A stretch of DNA of 64,000 nucleotides from Synergistales bacterium. GTDB taxonomy: Bacteria; Synergistota; Synergistia; Synergistales; JAFGMB01. Shown here one piece after another: positions 57,747 to 64,000 of this stretch; positions within the stretch are counted from its first letter, which is position 1, and every line of letters begins with the position of its first letter. The position numbers and the translations under genes were made by a program. The notes beneath the pieces are model-generated. The model saw only the letters and a list, made by a program, of their open reading frames with translations. It was not told where the DNA came from and ran no database searches. The stretch is taken from positions 2,240,001-2,304,000 of the forward strand of contig OY762654.1 of assembly GCA_963666205.1 (NCBI GenBank). Direction: 5' to 3'.

Positions 57747-58283
57747 ATGGCTCTAAAAAATGTAGCCGAAGCCTGGTCCATTCTCCAGCAGGAAATTGAA
57801 AATCAATCCGATGCAGGTTTAGAGATGGGTACCATTGTAAAAGGCAATAAGACTATTGACGAGATACGAAATGTAAGGAGAGATCCCAAAGCAGAGGCCA
57901 TAAAAGCCCTTGCGAGCGGTTTCTCTGTGGAAGATCCTGTGACTGTACCTAAGCAGGAGATCGAGGGAAACATGGTGCCTTACGATATGCCCCCCATTGA
58001 TCCCAGGGATATGGTTGAAGAGGGGGCAGTCGATCTCCACGATTCTCACATAATTCCCCCGGTGTCTACAGAACAGGAAGACCAGTTGAATGAAAGAAGG
58101 GGAGATATAAAAATGAAAAAAAGTATAAGGATCCGTAAAAATGGTGAGCAGGTTAACGTAAGAGTTTTCGTTGGTGAAGAAGAATTCTGCGGTATGTGTC
58201 TTACCTGCGGGTCAGAAAATGCCATTTCTCTGGGTGGAGCAAGATTAATGATCCAGGGTGACGAAACGATACTGGAGATATAA
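57747..58283 (+). CDS. Hypothetical protein under c-di-GMP control, C-terminal CxxCxxC domain
   Basis: ORF directly after the riboswitch; acidic linker; FCGMCLTCG. Confidence 0.7.
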   Translation: MALKNVAEAWSILQQEIENQSDAGLEMGTIVKGNKTIDEIRNVRRDPKAEAIKALASGFSVEDPVTVPKQEIEGNMVPYDMPPIDPRDMVEEGAVDLHDSHIIPPVSTEQEDQLNERRGDIKMKKSIRIRKNGEQVNVRVFVGEEEFCGMCLTCGSENAISLGGARLMIQGDETILEI

Positions 58284-58503
58284 ATATCTTTATCTATCAG
58301 GTTTTGATATTTCCTGCGCAATATTATCTAGCCTTATAAATCTTTTCAATATGAATTTTAGTTGCTTTCATAGAGTCCTCCACTCATGAAAGATCATTCA
58401 CCCTGAGACCCGGTTTTGCCGGGTCTTTCTTTTTCTTCAAAGTCAATTCGGGTTATAATCCAATTTAATTCAATCTGATCATATAGACAGGAGGTTCCTT
58501 GCG

Positions 58504-58962
58504 ATGGAGGAATATACCGTAGATAGTATTTCTCAACGAGTTCATGATCTTTATTGGCTGGAAGATATGAATTGTGCAGTTACGACACTGATCATCCTTT
58601 CAGGGATCTTTGGTATCCCGGTTCATTCCCAGGTACTGAGTGGTGCCTGCGGAATGCATGGTGCAGGCAAATTCGGAGCCCAGTGTGGTCTGGTTGAGGG
58701 AACACTTATGTTTTTAGGTATATTGGGTAAAAATAATGGGTTAAATAAGGAGGAAATTGAAAAATGGTGTTATGAATATGCTTCCCGGTTTCAGAAGGTT
58801 TTTGGTTCTCTGTTATGCAGAGTTCTTCGTCCACAGGGCTTTAAAAGTTCTAATCCTCCACATATTTGTGAAGATATGACGGTTAAAAGCATTATATTCT
58901 CTGCAGACTTTATCTCTGGTTCTATTGCTGGAAATACAAAATCATTCGACAACTCCAAATGA
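58504..58962 (+). CDS. C-GCAxxG-C-C family putative redox protein
   Basis: NCA, GM.G.G...QCG..EG, FGSLLCR.L, HICE. Confidence 0.82.
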   Translation: MEEYTVDSISQRVHDLYWLEDMNCAVTTLIILSGIFGIPVHSQVLSGACGMHGAGKFGAQCGLVEGTLMFLGILGKNNGLNKEEIEKWCYEYASRFQKVFGSLLCRVLRPQGFKSSNPPHICEDMTVKSIIFSADFISGSIAGNTKSFDNSK

Positions 58963-59781
58963 TCGTGGAGCTCTGGGGAATGTGCCCTGATCCCATTTGT
59001 GTTCTGTCTTTTCCATATCTGAGTCGCTTTTCAGGAAATTAGCATAGTTCAGGTGATGTTTCTTCATGATGATGCCTTCCTGAAGATCATCATAGGTGGC
59101 ATCAAGATGATACCATTTGCCTTCAAGTTCGACCATGTTCCACATATGGTTCCCACCCGATACGATAATATTTTTGAATCCTAACCCTTCCAGCATCCTG
59201 TAGAGAAGAAGGGCATATCCCTGGCATACGGCTTTGCCTTTAAGAGCATGGTATCCTCCATGTCGGGCATAAAATTGATCATAGGTGATATTTCTGATAA
59301 CCCATTCATAGACGGTCCGGATCCTTTCTAGATCTGTCATGTCAGGTTCGATTATATTCCAGGCTATCTTTTCAGCCTTCTTTTTAACATAGTCCCTTTC
59401 CTTTCTTGTTTCCTGATAATATATCCGGATCTTAACCTTCCTGGAACCTCCAGGATTTTCGTGAATATAATATTCCCAGTAATTTGCTGAGTTTTTAAGA
59501 TAATAGTCGGAACTATTCTGAAAGGCGTAAGAAATAGCATTTCCAAGTTCAGAAAGAGATAGTCTGTATCCATTGACTTCGATCTGAAGTTTACTCTCAC
59601 CCTTGTCGATCATTTCCTGGAGAATTGCGGAAAAATCTTCCTTTCCTGAAGAAAAAGCGATAGCATGATCTGTCCAGGTTCTTCTGTATAGAATCGGCTG
59701 AGGCAGATCCTGCCTGATCAGGAAAAACCATACTGCAGAAATCAGAATTAAAATTATTCCAGGCAGAAAGATCTTTTTCAA
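58942..59781 (-). CDS. Membrane-anchored transglutaminase-like protein
   Basis: N-terminal TM; catalytic triad VCQGYA, HMWNMV, WYHLDAT. Confidence 0.88.
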   Translation of the reverse strand: MKKIFLPGIILILISAVWFFLIRQDLPQPILYRRTWTDHAIAFSSGKEDFSAILQEMIDKGESKLQIEVNGYRLSLSELGNAISYAFQNSSDYYLKNSANYWEYYIHENPGGSRKVKIRIYYQETRKERDYVKKKAEKIAWNIIEPDMTDLERIRTVYEWVIRNITYDQFYARHGGYHALKGKAVCQGYALLLYRMLEGLGFKNIIVSGGNHMWNMVELEGKWYHLDATYDDLQEGIIMKKHHLNYANFLKSDSDMEKTEHKWDQGTFPRAPRSFGVVE

Positions 59782-59931
59782 TTGCGACCTCCGTCTGAAA
59801 AAGGATAGTATTCTTGTTTTTAGATTAACTTAAGGTAATCTTTCTTAAATCTCTGTATTTTTAAAAAAGGCAAAATACTTTCAGCTTATGACAAAATGCT
59901 CCTAGATCCCGGCTGAGGTGCTAGCATAGCA

Positions 59932-61014
59932 TTAAAGATCTTCCTGGTGGTCTATCCTAAAGGGCTGAAAGTTACCTCCGCAGGGTGTTCCATCACTAAT
60001 CCAGATCGTCTTTTCTTCCAAATCCATGATAATGGAATAGACAGAACACAATCTTTTACCTTCAGGGTCAAAGGCATCTTCATGTCGGCATATTGAATCA
60101 GGTCTATTTAGATGATCGGCTAAAAATGTCTGACATTGATCGAAATTAATATTACCTGAGGTTGAAGACAGAAGCACATTGATTCTTCCTAGCCTGTGAA
60201 AAGTGTCTGGTAATATAACTTTCCCGAAATCATTTTCTCTACAAACCAGATTCATTGATAAAAAATGATTAGTATGAGCAATGTAGCCTTCTTCTGCATA
60301 TAAAACCCCGAAATCTGAGGGAGTAGATTCAATGTTGATGATTTCTCCATCTTCAGTTCCGATGAGAAAATTCCCGGAGCTCGCACGTCTAGCAGTGGCT
60401 ATAGATTGGACGGCATCTCCAAGAGTTTCAGAATCAAGCATCTTCCTCAGGAGTATATGAACCGGAACTCCAGACTGACCTTTTCCAGTAGAAAGTGCAT
60501 TAAAACACGTTCCAAGCCCTGAAGAGTTCAAACCTTTGCCACTGATTATTCCTGCTTCTGCAACCATAAGAATAGCAGGTAGTGGATCTTGATGGAGTTC
60601 TACTATCACTAATGTTTCTTCTTGACGTTTAATCCAATCCCAATTCTGGCATACGTATGTTCTATCGTTCAGGGAGTAACGCGGTGTGACGCCAAAAGCG
60701 GTACAGCCGTCTATGTCCGTATCTAATACTATTTCACTTCTGGAGTTAAGAGTAAGAATATCCTTGAATGAGAGATTGGCTCCTTCAGATATTCCTTCCA
60801 TTTCTTTTATCAGATCAGGGTAGTTATTCTGGATCCACGGAAGGAAATTCATTGCCAGAGACTGTGCCTTATTCCATTCCAGCCTGGAAAAAGCCTGAAA
60901 CATGTCAGCATAGTTACTTATGCTTTTTTCTATCATTGTTTTACACGTTGTTCCGTATTTGAGGCCTCTTTCAAAGGGAGTCCCCTCGAGTTTAATTTTA
61001 CGATATTTGCCCAA
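59932..61014 (-). CDS. C45 family autoproteolytic acyltransferase/hydrolase
   Basis: E..GISEG, LNSRSE, GCT cleavage site, QNWDW, G.NS.G, HTNHF, SICRH. Confidence 0.9.
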   Translation of the reverse strand: MGKYRKIKLEGTPFERGLKYGTTCKTMIEKSISNYADMFQAFSRLEWNKAQSLAMNFLPWIQNNYPDLIKEMEGISEGANLSFKDILTLNSRSEIVLDTDIDGCTAFGVTPRYSLNDRTYVCQNWDWIKRQEETLVIVELHQDPLPAILMVAEAGIISGKGLNSSGLGTCFNALSTGKGQSGVPVHILLRKMLDSETLGDAVQSIATARRASSGNFLIGTEDGEIINIESTPSDFGVLYAEEGYIAHTNHFLSMNLVCRENDFGKVILPDTFHRLGRINVLLSSTSGNINFDQCQTFLADHLNRPDSICRHEDAFDPEGKRLCSVYSIIMDLEEKTIWISDGTPCGGNFQPFRIDHQEDL

Positions 61015-61145
61015 TTTTATCCCATCCTTTCGGAATTTATTAATTTGCTGCTTCTGAATCTGGATGTAGTTGAAGTTCAGGATTTTAAAAGAAATATATC
61101 ACTAAGTTGACAAATTTGTGTATATTCTGTAATGATTTAATCCGG

Positions 61146-61163
61146 AGGTCAGAGGTCAGACCA
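61146..61163. promoter_or_regulatory. FadR-type operator candidate in a divergent promoter region
   Basis: AGGTCAG-AGGTCAGACCA, resembling TGGT-N3-ACCA sites. Confidence 0.5.
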
Positions 61164-61233
61164 ACGTATATAATAGCATTCCCCCTGTATTTAGTAAATT
61201 TAGGTTTTTGATATTTAGAGGAGATGGCTTTTT

Positions 61234-61986
61234 ATGGATATGAGTTTCAATAAAATCCCTAGAATGACTGTAACTGAAGTCATAGTGGATCAGATTAAAG
61301 AAAAAATACTAAGTGGAGATCTGGTACCTGGCCAGCAGCTGCCTCCTGAAAGAATACTTGCTGAGATGCTGTCCGTCGGTAGAACCTCAGTAAGAGAAGC
61401 AATCAAGGCACTTCAGCATATGGGAATACTTGAGGTCCGGAGTGGTGAAGGAACTTTTCTCTGTTCAAATCTTTCTCTTTTATCAGATCATTTCAAAGCA
61501 TCCTATCTTCTTAAACATTTTTCTGTCCTTGAGCTGGTTGAAGCTCGAACTGTGATTGAGGCGGCAACCGCCTTTTTCGCTGCCGAGAGATCAACTCAAC
61601 AAGAAAAAGAAGCCCTTAAAGAGATCTTTCAGGGAGCAGCCAATAGTTTGGAAAATGTATCAGATTTTCTAAATGCGGATTTTCTTTTTCATCAGAAAAT
61701 TGCAGAGATGAGTCAGAATTCAGTTTTATTGGAAATGTTCAAGGCGATGCGGGAGCTTACCCTGGAAGAGAATCTGGATGTGATTAAAAAACGTGGCCAG
61801 ATGCAATCTGCATTGGAATACCACAAAGAAATACTTGATGCAATTCTTTCAGATAATCCTTCAGAAGCCAGGAAAATAATGTTAATTCATCTTGCAAATC
61901 TTAAAGACAGGATAAAGGAGATATGCAAGGAACATCTTGAAGAGCGCCTGAAGGAAGGAGGGGATTACAAGGGAGTAATACATTAG
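61234..61986 (+). CDS. FadR/GntR family regulator
   Basis: LPPER.LA..L.VGR.SVREA, GEGTF, D..FH..IA..S.N. Confidence 0.92.
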   Translation: MDMSFNKIPRMTVTEVIVDQIKEKILSGDLVPGQQLPPERILAEMLSVGRTSVREAIKALQHMGILEVRSGEGTFLCSNLSLLSDHFKASYLLKHFSVLELVEARTVIEAATAFFAAERSTQQEKEALKEIFQGAANSLENVSDFLNADFLFHQKIAEMSQNSVLLEMFKAMRELTLEENLDVIKKRGQMQSALEYHKEILDAILSDNPSEARKIMLIHLANLKDRIKEICKEHLEERLKEGGDYKGVIH

Positions 61987-62025
61987 AAGTTCAGAAAAAT
62001 TTATTAAGATGGAGGTGGAGCACTT

Positions 62026-63000
62026 TTGTCGAAGTATAAGGTGTTTATGACAGATACTATTTTTCCAGACACCAGTATTGAAGAAAAAGAACTATCCAGT
62101 ATCGATGCGGAATTAGTAGTTTCTTCAGCAAATGATCCCCGGACATTTATTGAAGAAGGCAGGGACTGTGATGCCATGCTGATCGTCTATGCTCCTGTAG
62201 GAGCAGAGGTTATCAGCGCACTTGAGAAATGCAGGGTAATGGTAAGAACGGGAATCGGAGTTAATAATATCGATATTGAGGCTGCAAGTGCAAAGAAGAT
62301 TATGGTTGCAAACGTGCCTGATTATTGTGTAGATGAAGTGGCTGACCATACATTCTCTCTTTTCCTTTGTGGAGTCAGAAAGATATCCTACCTTAACCAG
62401 AAGGTCAAGTCAGGTGTCTGGAATGTTAATGAGGCAAAACCTATTCCCAGGCTGAGGGGTAAGAAATATGGCCTTTTAGGCTGTGGGGCTATAGGACAGC
62501 AGGTTGCGACAAGAGCAAAGGCCTTTGGTATGGAGGTCCATGGTTATGATCCTTTCCTTTCTGATGAAAAATTTGCTGAACTAGGCATAATAAAGGTTGA
62601 AACTCTTGAGGAATTTTTCCCCCGGGTCGATTTCTTTTCTTTGCACGTACCTCTTACTGAGACCACACACCATATGATTAACAGGAATACTCTCCAACAG
62701 ATGAAATCCAGCGCATTTTTCGTCAACACCTCAAGGGGACCTCTAGTCAACGAGGAGGATCTATATGAAGCATTGTCGAACAAGGTTATAGCAGGGGCAG
62801 CTCTTGATGTCCTGAATACTGAACCGCCTGAAATGCCATTTTTGCTGTCGGAACTGGAAAATGTGATTCTTACTCCTCATGCTGCTTTTGTTTCAGAAGA
62901 TGCAATTCCGGAGCTTCGCCGGAAGGCTGCACAGGAGATAGCACGGACTCTGACAGAGGGTAAACCCAAATTCTGGGTAAACAGGAAAAGTTTTTCGTAA
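62026..63000 (+). CDS. D-2-hydroxyacid dehydrogenase (CtBP/SerA-like)
   Basis: R.GIGVNNID, NVPDYC..EVADH, GCGAIG, NTSRG, LDV...EP, TPH. Confidence 0.9.
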   Translation: MSKYKVFMTDTIFPDTSIEEKELSSIDAELVVSSANDPRTFIEEGRDCDAMLIVYAPVGAEVISALEKCRVMVRTGIGVNNIDIEAASAKKIMVANVPDYCVDEVADHTFSLFLCGVRKISYLNQKVKSGVWNVNEAKPIPRLRGKKYGLLGCGAIGQQVATRAKAFGMEVHGYDPFLSDEKFAELGIIKVETLEEFFPRVDFFSLHVPLTETTHHMINRNTLQQMKSSAFFVNTSRGPLVNEEDLYEALSNKVIAGAALDVLNTEPPEMPFLLSELENVILTPHAAFVSEDAIPELRRKAAQEIARTLTEGKPKFWVNRKSFS

Positions 63001-63047
63001 ACTGAATTTAAAGATTTATTTTATTCGTAAGTGGAGGGATATATTTT

Positions 63048-64000
63048 ATGGTCACAAAATTCAACACTACAGCAGCTCCGTGGAAGTCTGAAAAATGGTA
63101 CACCAGCCCCTGGAATTTTGTAGGGGAAGTAAGGGATCAGATGAACTTTTCCAAGAATATCCAGTTTCATGATGTTTCTTTAAGGGATGGAGAGCAGCAG
63201 GCTGGTCTTATTTTTACCAAAGACCAGAAGGTAGCTCTTGCTGAAAAGCTTGCGGAGTTGGGCATCCACAGGATCGAGGCAGGAATGCCTGTTGTTTCGG
63301 AACAGGATGCGGAAGCAATAAAGGAGATACTCAAGAGGAATCTTGGCCCTCAGATCTTCTCTTTTGCCAGATGTATGAAAGAGGATGTACAGAGGTCAGT
63401 CGATCTAGGTGTCAAGAATATAGTAATGGAAGTACCGGCCAGTGATCATATTCTGAAATATGCCTATAAGTGGGAATATGAAAAGGCCATTGAAGTATCC
63501 ATTGAAGCTACTCTTTATGCCAGGGAAAACGGCATGTATGTGTCATTCTTCACCATTGATGGCACCAGGGCCGATATGAACGATTACCTTAACATTGTCG
63601 AGAGAGTAGCGACAGAAGGACATATGGATGAACTCACAGTTGTTGATACATTTGGTGGTTTGAATCCTCATTCTGTACCTTATCTGATAAAGAAGGTAAA
63701 AGAGAAGATTTCTGATAAGCCTATCGGTATACATTTCCATGATGATTTTGGTCTCGGCGGGGCTACTACGATCATGGGGCTAGCAGCAGGAGCAGACATT
63801 GCCCATACTTCTATTTCAGGAATAGGTGAGCGTTCTGGAAATGCTCCTTATGAGGATGTAGCCCTTTCTCTTCTTACCATGTATGGAGTTGATACAGGTC
63901 TTAATTATGAAAAGATCTATCCCCTCTCCAAATATCTCAGAGACATTTCAGGACTTCATGTACGGCAGAACAGAGGTATCGTTGGAGATAACGTAGCGGA
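63048..64000 (+). CDS. DRE-TIM metallolyase (LeuA/homocitrate synthase/pyruvate carboxyltransferase family), truncated by the window end
   Basis: Translated by hand: HDVSLRDGEQQAG, IEAGMP, VDTFG, HFHDDFGL, GIGERSGNA; open to 64000. Confidence 0.9.
   Translation, partial: MVTKFNTTAAPWKSEKWYTSPWNFVGEVRDQMNFSKNIQFHDVSLRDGEQQAGLIFTKDQKVALAEKLAELGIHRIEAGMPVVSEQDAEAIKEILKRNLGPQIFSFARCMKEDVQRSVDLGVKNIVMEVPASDHILKYAYKWEYEKAIEVSIEATLYARENGMYVSFFTIDGTRADMNDYLNIVERVATEGHMDELTVVDTFGGLNPHSVPYLIKKVKEKISDKPIGIHFHDDFGLGGATTIMGLAAGADIAHTSISGIGERSGNAPYEDVALSLLTMYGVDTGLNYEKIYPLSKYLRDISGLHVRQNRGIVGDNVA

Noticed and set aside
58504-58962. C-GCAxxG-C-C protein as a selenoprotein
   Set aside because: All motif positions are Cys codons and there is no in-frame UGA.

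Overview
Gene-dense chromosomal segment of an anaerobic amino-acid-fermenting bacterium. Gene content and style suggest Synergistota, but this is an inference. It holds about 60 metabolic, transport and regulatory genes, including a nitrilase, mntP, a YnjB-F-like ABC/TVP38/flavin-disulfide reductase cluster, a PHP-ApgM-like-PP-loop-like cluster, tupABC, an Rrf2/FeS/hcp/cupin locus, two diguanylate cyclases, two M20 amidohydrolases, polX, sdaAB/AA, a four-subunit 2-oxoacid:ferredoxin oxidoreductase, gnd-zwf-pgl and a split Tm-1-like pair. Three riboswitches (yybP-ykoY, Moco/Tuco, c-di-GMP-I) and two pseudogenes (internally deleted hcp, GNAT) are visible. No tRNA, rRNA, CRISPR array or intact transposon was seen. 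Two loci stand out. (1) At 28759-31520 on the minus strand: a sigma70 promoter, a ~170-nt structured RNA closed by a terminator, a RuvC-only 259-aa TnpB derivative with its own strong RBS and no transposase, and a compact Ski2-like helicase. (2) At 24952-25089 on the minus strand: an unannotated 45-aa ORF with a C-x-x-UGA motif followed by a SECIS-like hairpin, a candidate small selenoprotein behind a CsoR-like palindrome. All assignments come from reading motifs by eye; no database search was run.
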